Positions 10,661 through 23,000 of a stretch of 35,007 nucleotides of DNA are shown here, one piece after another. The stretch is taken from positions 1-35,007 of the forward strand of contig UYFQ01000208.1 in assembly GCA_900617105.1 (NCBI GenBank), read 5' to 3'. The first letter of the stretch is position 1; each line of letters opens with the position of its first letter. The translations under genes were made by a program, and so were the position numbers. The notes beneath the pieces were generated by a model, which was given only the letters and a program-made list of their open reading frames with translations, made no database searches and was not told the DNA's origin. The stretch is from Hydrurus foetidus. Lineage: Eukaryota.

Positions 10661-11647
10661 TAGGGCTGCTTGCCGCCTCGGATTGGGGTCGATAGCAAGT
10701 TGCCGCCGGCAAGTACGGCAAGTCGCCATATTAAGCCACATTAATTTCTTAAATTCATTTTAAACGTTACAACAAAACATTAAAATCTATTAGTGATTAG
10801 CATATTAAACCGTTACGCTTGTGGCTGCTGTGGCATTCTTTTCTTCTTGCTCTTCAGCTTTTCTTTTTAGATTGAACTTCTCCGCGTACGGCCATGAATT
10901 ATGCAAAAATATTAGATCAGATGCGTTGTCTGGATGTAGAGAGGCGCGAGACTTAGTAATTGTCAACCCGGCAGCAGAGAACACTCTTTCCGATGGAGCG
11001 GAAGTAGATGGAGTGCACAGGAATTGTTTGGCTAAAACACTTAGGTGAGGTAAGCCTGCTGCACTCCGAGCCCACCAGTGGAGTCGATTAGTGTATACGG
11101 CACTGACACCCCTTGATCCGTTGGGTCCATCCATCATCAATTGGCCCTTCACTGTCTGGTAATGTAGAAGCTCATTTTTCTAGATAATCAGCAAATTTGC
11201 TTTATCTTGAAGCCCCTCAGGTTCTCCGTCCCCTATTTTAATGATTTTCCAATCTCGATTGTCCATATCATCCTCAACAATGTCACCAAGCACCCATTTC
11301 TCACTGTATTCTTCCATAGCTGAGGCTTCCACAATTTATAATGACTACTGACGATGAGAGCAGACGATTCGGCAGTCGATGACGTTGCATTTACTACTTT
11401 GATCAGGTGAATATCATGCCACGTCGCAATCGATCGCTTTTATTGCTGTATTGGACCTGAAACAGTTTTATACTGGCATGGAATCGATGATTAGAGCCTA
11501 ATATAGTCCAATATAGCCCTAATTGGCACTTTGAAAAGTCGGCAACTTGCCGTCGAAATCTCGGTCAGTCGGCAAGTTGCCGCGGCTACTTACCGTCGGC
11601 AACTTGCCGATTTGCCGCGGCAAATTCGAAGTCGGCAAGCAGCCCTA
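10661..11647 (-). mobile_element. Internally deleted hAT DNA transposon (987 bp) nested in the MITE
   Basis: 15-bp TIR tagggctgcttgccg / cggcaagcagcccta; 8-bp TSD aaattttc / aaatattc (7/8); many subterminal cggcaa/ttgccg motifs; transposase remnant inside. Confidence 0.92.
10805..11152 (-). pseudogene. hAT transposase C-terminal dimerisation domain remnant
   Basis: LHWW...PHLSVLAKQFLCTPSTSAPSERVFSAAGLTITKSRASL.PD...LIFL is the hATC signature. Confidence 0.92.
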
Positions 11648-13116
11648 AAATATTCTTGTTTCACGATTGTTAAGTATGCCTTTCGTGTTTTTGACAGATC
11701 ATATCGCACTTTTTGTGCGACTTTGGCTGTCACTATTTTGTGCGACTTTGTCACACTGTGCGATCGACTATTTCCTGCATATGCGACCGTGCGTTGCGAC
11801 TCGATTTTTCGAGTCGGACACCAGCCCTATAATATTCTCAGGTTTAAATTCACAATGATCTTTGAAATCTGGTACCAGCGCCCAACAAACACTGTGCCAC
11901 TTTCAAAAACATGTGTTGAGGCAACTGGGTTTGAAAGAACGCTTCAATTATTGCCGTCAAACTTATCTGATAAAGTGGCATGATGAGAGCAACCATGTCG
12001 CCGTATACAGTGCTTTCATGTTTGAAGTTTACAGTGGCTTCGTAACAAACAATGTGCACATAAATAACATCTTTGTGCACTGCAGCCGATTCATTTGTTT
12101 TCGCATGCACAGTCTTTTTCAGTATCACGATGGATACGATACACATTGCCGCGTTTTACTTCGCCTGTATCGACTTGAATGACACGATACAGTAAAGCCT
12201 TCCCACAGCCAGTCTGCCCGAGCATACCATCAAAAACGAATCGATTTGACCTCATCATTTTAGTAGTCTGAGACCTCAGAATTGTGCGAATATTCTTCAC
12301 AAGTCTTCTTGTGTCCACGATTGGCAGCAGTTTATCTCGTGATTGGGCAGTTTATCCCCCAAATTTAGTCCAAAATATCACCTGCTCCTCGGCAGTCAGT
12401 GGATTCAAACCAGCCATGAGAACATTGATTAAGAACTATTTGTGTCACAAGCAGTTGCTCTCCCGTCTGTACATTAGTTTAAAAACCGCCGACGACACCA
12501 GTGATCCAGGTTGTATGACATTTGAACAGATAATCCTCTCCTATTCTAATCTAGTCATCGATGCATCAATCAATGCAGCTATGCGGAGAATAAACTGCAG
12601 ACTTTGCGACTTACCTGCAGCGTTACATTGTACACCTTCCCTGCCGCAACTGGCACTGTGAAGTAGAGAGGATAAAAGGGAGGTTAGTTGGCGGGGCAGA
12701 GATAGGCAGGGCCATTGGGAAAATCGTTATTGGCATGAATTTTTAGTTATGCATGAGGCAGTAAATTATCTATTTGCAATTCACGTCGATGTACGATAAT
12801 CAAGAATGGCGTAAATCTGAACAAAAACAAGTATGAAATGTCACGTTCAAACATAATGCGGCGACGCAAGTTGTTTAAGATTGTGAATGACGGTAACTAG
12901 GAGATTTGGTAATCGTGACTTACATGGAAGAGTTTTCGTGAACACAGCTGGGCCCAAAGTCTTATCCCTTCATCTTCAGGGACCTTTCGTTTGCGATCAA
13001 CCTCCGATACGCTGAGCATAGCCTCAGTATCCGAAACGCCGAAGTTGGTAACTACAGGCTCCGAAATAGATTTGGTTCGCAACCAGTTTCCGATTTCAGT
13101 AGTCGTTCCAGCCACA

Positions 13117-15163
13117 GGAAAACTCATCTTCTCAAACAGAACGTCATACTTCTGAGAAAGGTAGGATTTTGCTGGGTAGCGTTTATTGTTCGTTCAAAGT
13201 TTTGCAAATGAAATTACACGCACGTGTGTCGTCATGAGTCTTACAGTGAAATGAAATCCGAATCACACGCACAGTTGTGCTTGGTTCCACACGGGGGGGA
13301 ACTACACAAAACACGAAAATCGGAAACCGGAACAAACCCGAAAAAAACGAAAGCCCGATTTTTGTGATGCACTCCAGAGTCATATTTTTGATGCACTACA
13401 GGGGCGATGCAGTCTTATCTAGAGTAATGACGTCTTATTTTTCCCTGGGAGGGGGGGGGGGGGAAACTCATCTTCTCAAACAGAACGTCATACTTCTGAG
13501 AAAGGTAGGATTTTGCTGGGTAGCGTTTATTGTTCGTTCAAAGTTTTGCAAATGAAATTACACGCACGTGTGTCGTCATGAGTCTTACAGTGAAATGAAA
13601 TCCGAATCACACGCACAGTTGTGCTTGGTTCCACACGGGGGGGAACTACACAAAACACGAAAATCGGAAACCGGAACAAACCCGAAAAAAACGAAAGCCC
13701 GATTTTTGTGATGCACTCCAGAGTCATATTTTTGATGCACTACAGGGGCGATGCAGTCTTATCTAGAGTAATGACGTCTTATTTTTCCCTGGGAGGGGGG
13801 GGGGGGAAAAACTCATCTTCTCAAACAGAACGTCATACTTCTGAGAAAGGTAGGATTTTGCTGGGTAGCGTTTATTGTTCGTTCAAAGTTTTGCAAATGA
13901 AATTACACGCACGTGTGTCGTCATGAGTCTTACAGTGAAATGGAATCCGAATCACACGCACAGTTGTGCTTGGTTCCACACGGGGGGGAACTACACAAAA
14001 CACGAAAATCGGAAACCGGAACAAACCCGAAAAAAACGAAAGCCCGATTTTTGTGATGCACTCCAGAGTCATATTTTTGATGCACTACAGGGGCGATGCA
14101 GTCTTATCTAGAGTAATGACGTCTTATTTTTCCCTGGGAGGGGGAAAACTCATCTTCTCAAACAGAACGTCATACTTCCGAGAAAGGTAGGATTTTGCTG
14201 GGTAGCGTTTATTGTTCGTTCAAAGTTTTGCAAATGAAATTACACGCACGTGTGTCGTCATGAGTCTTACAGTGAAATGGAATCCGAATCACACGCACAG
14301 TTGTGCTTGGTTCCACACGGGGGGGAACTACACAAAACACGAAAATCGGAAACCGGAACAAACCCGAAAAAAACGAAAGCCCGATTTTTGTGATGCACTC
14401 CAGAGTCATATTTTTGATGCACTACAGGGGCGATGCAGTCTTATCTAGAGTAATGACGTCTTATTTTTCCCTGGGAGGGGGGGGGGGGAAAAACTCATCT
14501 TCTCAAACAGAACGTCATACTTCCGAGAAAGGTAGGATTTTGCTGGGTAGCGTTTATTGTTCGTTCAAAGTTTTGCAAATGAAATTACACGCACGTGTGT
14601 CGTCATGAGTCTTACAGTGAAATGGAATCCGAATCACACGCACAGTTGTGCTTGGTTCCACACGGGGGGGAACTACACAAAACACGAAAATCGGAAACCG
14701 GAACAAACCCGAAAAAAACGAAAGCCCGATTTTTGTGATGCACTCCAGAGTCATATTTTTGATGCACTACAGGGGCGATGCAGTCTTATCTAGAGTAATG
14801 ACGTCTTATTTTTCCCTGGGAGGGGGAAAACTCATCTTCAAACAGATCGTCATACTTCTGAGAAAGGTAGGATTTTGCTGGGTAGCGTTTATTGTTCGTT
14901 CAAAGTTTTGCAAATGAAATTACACGCACGTGTGTCGTCATGAGTCTTACAGTGAAATGGAATCCGAATCACACGCACAGTTGTGCTTGGTTCCACACGG
15001 GGGGGGGACTACACAAAACACGAAAATCGGAAACCGGAACAAACCCGAAAAAAACGAAAGCCCGATTTTTGTGATGCACTCCAGAGTCATATTTTTGATG
15101 CACTACAGGGGCGACGCAGTCTTATCTAGAGTAATGACGTCTTATTTTTCCCTGGGAGGGGGG
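13117..15163. repeat. Tandem array, 6 units of 337-345 bp
   Basis: Anchor ctcatctt at 13123, 13467, 13812, 14149, 14494 and 14831; units differ mainly in G-run length and a few SNPs. Confidence 0.97.
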
Positions 15164-17065
15164 TGGATATAGGTAAAACTTCTCAAAGAGGCAAAACTTT
15201 CTGTAAGGCATGAAATAGACATTTTCAGGACTGAAAGTGAGAATGCCAGAAGCGTGGATGTATTGCGGTGCCACCATCTGAAATCATTTTGAAAAAGAAT
15301 TATACAATGCTTTTTTTAAATAATTGCTCTCAAGAATTACGAAAGTACACTTTTATTTATTACGTACTTCATTTTCTCGTTTCTTCAATAATTCCTTGTT
15401 CCTTATATCATTACAAGGGAGCGAAGAGAATTCCCCTGCTCCGTGAATATTTAAAAAGTCAGTGTCAGAGGTACAAACTAGTTTTTTAGCGGCTGTTTTC
15501 TTACTCCTTTGATCCCATTTCTTCAATCCGCTAACTAAATCAGTCTCAACAATGATACCAGAAGAGTTGTTGTCCTGCAAAGTATTGCTCTACACTTCAT
15601 TTGCATTTTACATTATCTATATCCTCATCATTAATGGTACTTGAGTGGTCGGCAAAGAAATAGCACTTTCTCCAATTTTACTGTGGGATGTCTCAAAATT
15701 ATATTATGTTTATAGTCATATAATTATCTCTGTATACGGGTACGGGTACTGTAGACCATTTTATTATTGTCGATCATATCAATGTTTACCGTATTCTTCG
15801 TAGCTAAAAATAAAATCGAGAAAAGATTTGCAACAGAGCACATCCAACACTAGCGGTCTCGAAGAACCGCCCCCCTCCCCCCCCCCCTCAATACAGTAAT
15901 GAATTTCGATGGTGGTTGAGTGTCATCCATTGCACGCAGCGGCCCCGCGGGAATGTACAGTACCGAACTCCAACACCCTGGCCAAATGCCGCTTCCCCGC
16001 CATAATGTTGTATAGGCACATATTCGTTCTGTGACAGTTGATGAAGCTCAGAGAACTCATGACGAAGAGCGAATTTGGAGCATTCACTTTCTAAAAAATT
16101 AATTTAAAATTGTGAAGACGCATTCGTTATCTTAGATCAGTTGCTACGTGAAATTATCTGATCGACTCACAGTTGTTACAACAGCTTACGACTAGTAAGT
16201 ACTCCAAGAAATGCTTACTACAAGCACATCCATGTTTGACTGATTGAACCAAATGGATAATAGATGAGTGCTGTTACTTAAAAATTTCGGCGCCTCTGGA
16301 GTTAATGATCCTAGATCTTCTGTGCCGTAAATTACAAAGGAAAGCTATTTCTAACGTCACTTAAAAGGCTCCTTTCGATGCAGTCACAAACAAAAAGCAA
16401 TTCGCCCAACGCACTCATTGTGGCATCTTGATCGTGACTTGGCTCAACAGAACGTAAAATTTAGTGGGAGGAGTGTGGTGTGGTGTATCTGGACATGCAG
16501 CCGAAACCGCTGCGCTTTGAGATAAGGAGTAATGTAAAGTGTCACGCACTCGTACGCACAAGAACATACAATAAAATAACATACAACAATATTCTGCACA
16601 ACAAAGGGAAAGATAAAAGAGTGGAATAGAGTAGAGCATAATCAGATAAATTGATACTGAGGATTTGAAAAGAAAAGAAAAGGGTAGAGTAGGTGGAATA
16701 GAGCTGTAAGTTGAAACCGTTCGACTTATTTTTTCATAATTTTAAGAGCGTTTTCTCAAACGAAAAAGTTCCTGAGATATCTCTGAATACTGGTGGCAGA
16801 TAGGTGAGAGGAGATTGTGTTCACACAAGTGAAATAAAAGAGCCTTATACTCAGAACGTCCACAAGAAACACACAAAAAAGCACGCACCCACACACGAAG
16901 GAACACAAGCTAGTCGAATCCAGTCGAATCAAAAGTATCAAATGCAAGCTGGACGATAATAGCTCACTGATGTACAGCACACTACGGAGTATTGTAGTGT
17001 GGGGTGGTGTGAAGTGGAATCACGGATCGTTTCCTCAGCACGGGAAGGGACAGGACCGGACAGTA

Positions 17066-20000
17066 CTAACGTCCCCTGGGAGTGACAGAGGCAGTGGCAA
17101 TAGCGTGGGTCAGCTCATCCATGCGCATGTTGAACACTTCCTCATCATCCTGCTCTACCAGATCGATGACTTTAGTGTCCTCCCCGATGCATCTCCTGAG
17201 TGGTAGGAAGTTACAGAGAGTATTTGCCTGATTGTCAGGATAGATGAAGGCGAGGATGGTACATGCGGTAAATAGTTTTTTCTAGTTACGAATACATGAT
17301 GGGTGATTCTGTTATGATGTAGATAGTATACAAAAGGCAATCTATGTTCACTGAACACACACCTCAGTGCACCCTTCCACTGAGATATGTTCCTCATTCT
17401 CTCCTCCAGAATGACTATCACTAGTTTGCTCGAAGCCGACTTCAAGGCGTAGTCGTACTCCAACTTGCACACGTCATTGTTGCCGTCCATTCCATTTACT
17501 TTGCTCATGAACTTGGATGTCACAAATATCAGAATGGAGTCGCATTCATCGATGTTCCGGTTCATTGCGGCTGAGCTTTCCGGTGTGCATGAAGGGGGAT
17601 GACTGCTCTTGTCCACACAAGTTGTCAGTCCTCTGCCCCGTAGCTCTTCCTCTATCAGCAGTATTTGCTCTTGATTGCTCCTAAGTTGAGAGACGTTGAG
17701 AAGGAGATAGATGATCGATCACATAATGGAGTCTCTAATAGAGAGGAGAGGACATGCATGGGAGGGAGGGGAATCACTCACTACATCAGACAGACCAATG
17801 TATAGTGGTAATGGTTGAGTGTGGTGCGTCATCAGTACAGACAGTCTTCTCACCTCTGCAACTCATCGACACTCCAGTCGTGGGACAGGTAGCAATTCAC
17901 TCTACTTCTCTGCTTGTTGCTGTTAAGGACGGGAGCAGCTATCATGCCCATGCTCTCCTCGTAGGAGCGCTCTCCACCGATACCACGCCCTGAGTAAGTG
18001 TCAAATGATTTAGATGATGCGTTTAGCTTGCTGCTAATCGTTTTGCCTTGAATTGGATTCTATCGCGGCACTTTGACAAATTGTGTGGTGATGTGAGTAC
18101 GCATAAATTGAATGTACGTACCTGTCATGTCACTTGCAGTTGCTGCAGTCGAAACTTGAGAGAGGAAATCATGCAGTTCCTGTCTGTCCTTCTCCTCATA
18201 TGCCTCGTCGTCACCACCATCCCCACTGGATGCGTTCTGGCCGCAACGTAAGGTAGAAGACGGTCTGTTCGGTAGGTTGTACAGTTCTTTCCCCACTTCA
18301 AGAGAGTGCAGACTAGATCGGTAGTGCGCAGGAGACCCAGGGGAGGTCAGGCCACTTCTGCCGCTCTGATAGTCCAATGCTGCTCTAACCTTTGCTTTGA
18401 AGACGTCTTGAGGGTCAGAGGCGAAGGATGCGTACGAATTGGTTGAATTGTAGTATTGAGCAGGTGGTGTTGTCTTAGGCTGAGTTCGTAACATCGGGAC
18501 AGGAGAGTGCTTTCGTACAATGGGAGAAGTGGGGGGTAAGTGCATAGGAGGGTATATATCATGCTTTGTGTCGGGATAGATGTCAATTATGTTCAGTAGG
18601 GGATTAGAGAGAGATTCTGTTTTTTCTTCACTGTCTTCACTGCTCTCTGATTTAAAGTCGTAATCTTGAGAGTCTAGAGATGCCGCGCGTCTCTCCTTCT
18701 CTCTTTCTCTGTCTATATCCCTCCTCCTCTCCCTCTCTTTCTCCCTATCCTTGTCTTTATTACGTGGTTTGCTGGAACGTATGGTTGAAGTACCAAACTC
18801 TCTACGCAGTGCCTGAAGCACCATGTCAGCGTCAACTTCATCCATGCCCAGATCAGTCAACTGAAAGCCCTTCACTTCCTCTATGTATTTGAACAGTTTC
18901 CTGGGACTATTAGCATCCATAAAGATGGCTTGTTCAGCGCATTCTCTGCTTTGCTGTATGCTCAGTCCAGCGAATCGAAAGAACTCTTGCATATCTAGTA
19001 CGTCATCTTGATGTTCAGATATTCTCCTTGCCTTCGCAGACTCCTCTGGTTTCATTTTCTCAATCATAGATATTGTCGTAGGTCTTGAGATGCTGTTTCT
19101 CGTAGGGCCTGAATCTGCAGCAGCGTTGTAGTGGTTGAATGTAGCCCCTGTTCCTCCCATCATCTTAGCAACAGCCGCAGCAGCGGCACTGGCTGCCGAA
19201 ATATCTTTGTGAGAAAATTCTATGTTCAACACTTCCAACACCAACTCCGCATCGATTCGATCCATACCCAACTCTATCAATGAAAAGCCCTGCACTTCAT
19301 GCACGTATTTGAATAGTTTGCGGGGTGTGTTGGCGTCCAGACAAACGGACTCTTCCGCACACGCCACCGACTTCTGCATGCTGAGTCCCGCTCTTCGGAA
19401 AAAGTTCTGCATGCCTTGCACGTCATCTTCGTGTTCCGACAAATACCGAGACCTAGCGATATCCGCAGGGTTCGTGTTATTCTGCAGCAGTTTCACTAGG
19501 CGAGGGGCCGGACCACCCCCCTGGAAACTCTTGACCCTTACTTGTGACACTATTTGACTCTGCGATCTATTAGTGTTCATTGTGCGATTTGTAAGACCCC
19601 CTGACCGCACAGATATGTCCCCCGTCACGCTGCCCTCTCCGTATAGAGATTGGCCGCCAATTGTGCTGATACTAGTGCGTGTGACTAACTTCTGCCTCCC
19701 ACTGTTGCTTTCGATTGAGTTTCTCATCTTAGGAAACTCTCCTATGCTTCTGTGGGTGTGCTGGTCTTTGACAGGGGGAGAGCTGGGCGCGACTCCGAAT
19801 GACCTCCGCAGCAAGAAGGATTGTCGAGACCGACCAGTGAATGATCCGTTTATACTGTTCATCCTATGCAATCCACCTCCGTTGACTGGAGGAAGAGGGG
19901 ACAGGGATGGGGATGGGGTAAAGTTCATGAGAATTGGAGAAAATTAAGCGACAGAATTGGAGCAAGAACATGTCAGAGACATGAATACGAGGGAAGATGA

Positions 20001-23000
20001 ATACAAGGGAAGAAGGAGAAAAGAGTCAATTGGCTCACTTGATGATCTGGATGTGATAGGGATGTAGTTGCCTTCCTTGTCTTTGAGGGGGTGGATCGGG
20101 CTGTCAATGTCTCCGAATTGTCGATAAAACATGGACTCATTGTCAACCACTGAGACACCTAATAGTGATGCATGCGTTGGCGAGGAATTTCGTAAGGTTG
20201 ATGTGTCTATCTGTCTATTTGTTTGTTAATGTGTCTGTCTGTCTGTCTATCTGCCTTGCCTGAACTCAGCGGCATGGGGTGACCGACATAAGTACAGATT
20301 TAGCACAGCGCTAATCGGGATACCAAAGTACATTGCAGCAAAGTGCGGTATACCATATAACAGGACACCAAGACAGAGCACAATGCAGACAGACGTCACC
20401 TTCTCCATCTTCCGCTCCCATGACGTCTAGGTCAAAATTCTCTTCAACCAAAGAGTGCACCTCCTCTCCATGTTGATCGTTGAGATACTTCGACTGAAAG
20501 TAGCATGTGAATACTACGAAGAGACATAGAACAGCAGCACCAACTGACGAGAATATTATGATCGCCATTTCGGTGGACAAAGTCCCCACACCGGGATTGT
20601 TTATTCTAGCAGCTAATCGCACTATTTTAGATGGTTGGGAAGTGGGTTGCCCTGTGGGGCGCATTGTCCTGTGGGTTGGTCGGGATGTAGGCTGTGACGT
20701 AGGCTGTCCAGTTGGTCTTGAAGAAGGGTGGCTCGTTGGATTCGGAGAGAATTCTGCAGTACGTGAATTAATCAGTGATGAAAAATTTTTATGAGTCCTT
20801 CTAAAAAATGATAGGGCCTTCCTAGAGCAGTGACGTACACAAAGCAATCGTAGGAATCGTCACATTTACTAACTCAAATATCTCATGTCCGCTACGTATC
20901 GCAAGGTCACATATCCCGGACCCCCCGGGTTGCTGCCCGGAGCACCACCCAACCCCACACCGGATACGTAGGTAGCCTGACGGAGTTCAAATAAATGTGT
21001 TCTATTAAATGAAGTGCAGTGTAGTGTAGTGCAGTGCAATACAGTACAGTGAAGTGCAATGCAGCACACCATAAATGAGTACAGTACAGTGCAGTGCAAT
21101 GCAGTAAAATACAATGAGCGGCAGTGTATTAGTCTACATATAGCAAGTACGCACCGGCAACCAGTCATATGTCTTAGGTCAACGCCATACTAGGGTATTA
21201 TCTGCACAATTGTATTCACCTGAGCATGTCCACCGGAGAGGGAAGCGTTGACACTGCCTCCACTGGTCCCTACCGTTCAATGCATTCGATAGAATAGACA
21301 TGGAAATAGTGGCCTATTAGGATGGTAGTCAACTGTGTACTTATGTTAGCTAGCAGTTTAAGACACACGAAAAATCAAAATAAAATCTTCACGACCTGAA
21401 GTGCAGCTGTGTGGAGAGTATGGAGTAGTGAGTGAAGAGCAGTAATTAGAAAACGCTTCTCACCTGTCAAGCTTACATACGTTCCAGCTATACATCCCCC
21501 GCTAAAGCCCGATCCACCACCACCGCCACCATCAGCAGGGTAAGTATTGGGGGGAGGATTGGTGGGTGGAAGACCAAAAACAGAACTGTACGAAGCATTT
21601 AGAAAAGATAAGCAATCTTCGAGCATAATAAAATTATTCGAAGAAACAACTTGAGCATAGTTGGATGAGCAGATTGATTTCAATTCTCTTACCCGCCCCC
21701 ACCCCCGAAGTATCCCCCTCCGCCCCCCGCTGATGCTGCAGTTGAAGTTGCTTTGCAGCCGAAACCACCTTTACAGCAATAGAAATAAGCACCAAAAGGA
21801 CCAGGCAGGAGATAAAAAATACTGCCTGGAATAAAGCCGTCTGTGTAAAGCGTATACACGTTGGTGTGGTGGTGACCTTGATAGGATGTGCCGGCTGTTC
21901 CGTTACAAAAATAGCCATATCCCGCGATACCACCTGCAGTGGCTGTTGATGTACAGGCGCAATAGATGAGGGAGGATGAGTGATAGAGTGCGTGGGACGG
22001 ACAAAGACATCAGAGTTTGCGCATCTTACCTGTTCCTCCTCGTCCACTGGCAGGGTCCCTTGTCGCTTGTCCGACCGGACCACCCCCCCCTGATCGTAGA
22101 AACGTACGTCATATTATCCGTCAGCACGATGAAGGTCAAAATCATGAGCATGAGCAGCAGTGCATTCATCACCTCCTCCACCGCATCCTCTCGTCTTCAG
22201 ACAATCCGCCCCACCCCCTCCACCACCAGCTGTTACGGAGTCCCGTCCACTCACAAGCTGAACAGCAGAGCGACCACCGCCTCCTAGATACAATGAGAAG
22301 ATATCATCCGTCTCTGAAATGGATGAAGGCGCTTGTGAATAAAGCTAATTCGTAAGTACCTCCAGCTGAGTACCCAACATTTGCAGAGCCAGTACCTCCT
22401 CCTCCAAATCCTAGTGATGGAATTTGATTTGTTCTCAGATACGAACAAGACAGCAAAATGATAAAAGGTGCGAATAACTCTGGTCGTACAGAAAGAAATT
22501 CTCCACGAGTGCCGAAAGTGCGATAAATAGGCACTTTAAAGGGTACTTCCGCTGTTAAAGTCACCTCCAACATTTATTGGCTGACCTCCTGCAGCACCTC
22601 CACCAGCAATTATCACATACACCTTAGAACTCATTGGGACAGTGACATTGCATGAGGCGAACCCCCCACCACCTCCAGAATGTGATACGTAATCAGCATT
22701 CAAGCTCATTTCACCACCACCCCCTCCTCCCCACAGTTTCACGACTATCACAGTGACTCCGTACGGAATGTAAACTTCTTGTAAACCAGGAGATGAATAC
22801 TTGAATGAAGATTGACAGACCGATGAACCAGATTTAGGAGACCATGTTGCAAATGGGCATTGAAGGCAGGTCATTCCGTTCGTGCCATAAGTGCCGACCG
22901 GACATTTGATGCATGTGTCTGTTGCGCAGTAGTATCCTGGCTGCGGAATCGAGACCGAATTCGAGTTGAAGCACGTTCCACCAGCATTGCCAGGAGCGCA

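Larger units (their letters stand above)
10413..11829. mobile_element. Non-autonomous hAT-type MITE (about 420 bp excluding the nested element)
   Basis: Termini tacggctggtg... / ...caccagcccta, exact 8-bp TSD taatattc (10405-10412, 11830-11837) and subterminal tgcgac/gtcgca motifs. Confidence 0.85.
10076..13127 (-). pseudogene. Degenerate protein-kinase gene with a SAM-like N-terminal exon, interrupted by nested hAT elements
   Basis: Removing 10413-11837 rejoins DHCEFKPENI|MMTGNTFTVIDLG (catalytic loop and DFG-like motif). Upstream ORF fragments give FVFDGMLGQTGCGKALLYRV (Gly loop) and HIVCY...MVALIMPLYQISL (hinge). Frameshifts and stops are present and the catalytic Asp reads Glu. The first exon MSFPVAGTTTEIGNWLRTKSI...GIRLWAQL resembles a SAM fold. 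Confidence 0.75.

Noticed and set aside
13117..15163. CRISPR-like array or repeated small genes
   Set aside because: Units are near-identical along their whole length with no unique spacers; the repeated short ORFs are by-products of the repeat.
15164..16400. Possible transposon relic between the G-run at 15163 and the C-run near 15870
   Set aside because: No convincing TIR pair, TSD or coding motif could be identified.
18060..19928. 622-aa ORF as a standalone gene starting MNFTPSP
   Set aside because: Its ATG lies in a pyrimidine-rich intron end upstream of the acceptor at 19886, and both ends splice in phase to flanking exons.
21634..22355. ORFs with a hydrophobic stretch or His-rich content (21634-22083, 21976-22287, 22017-22355)
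   Set aside because: Off-frame or antisense readings across the poly-Gly exons and introns of the receptor gene.
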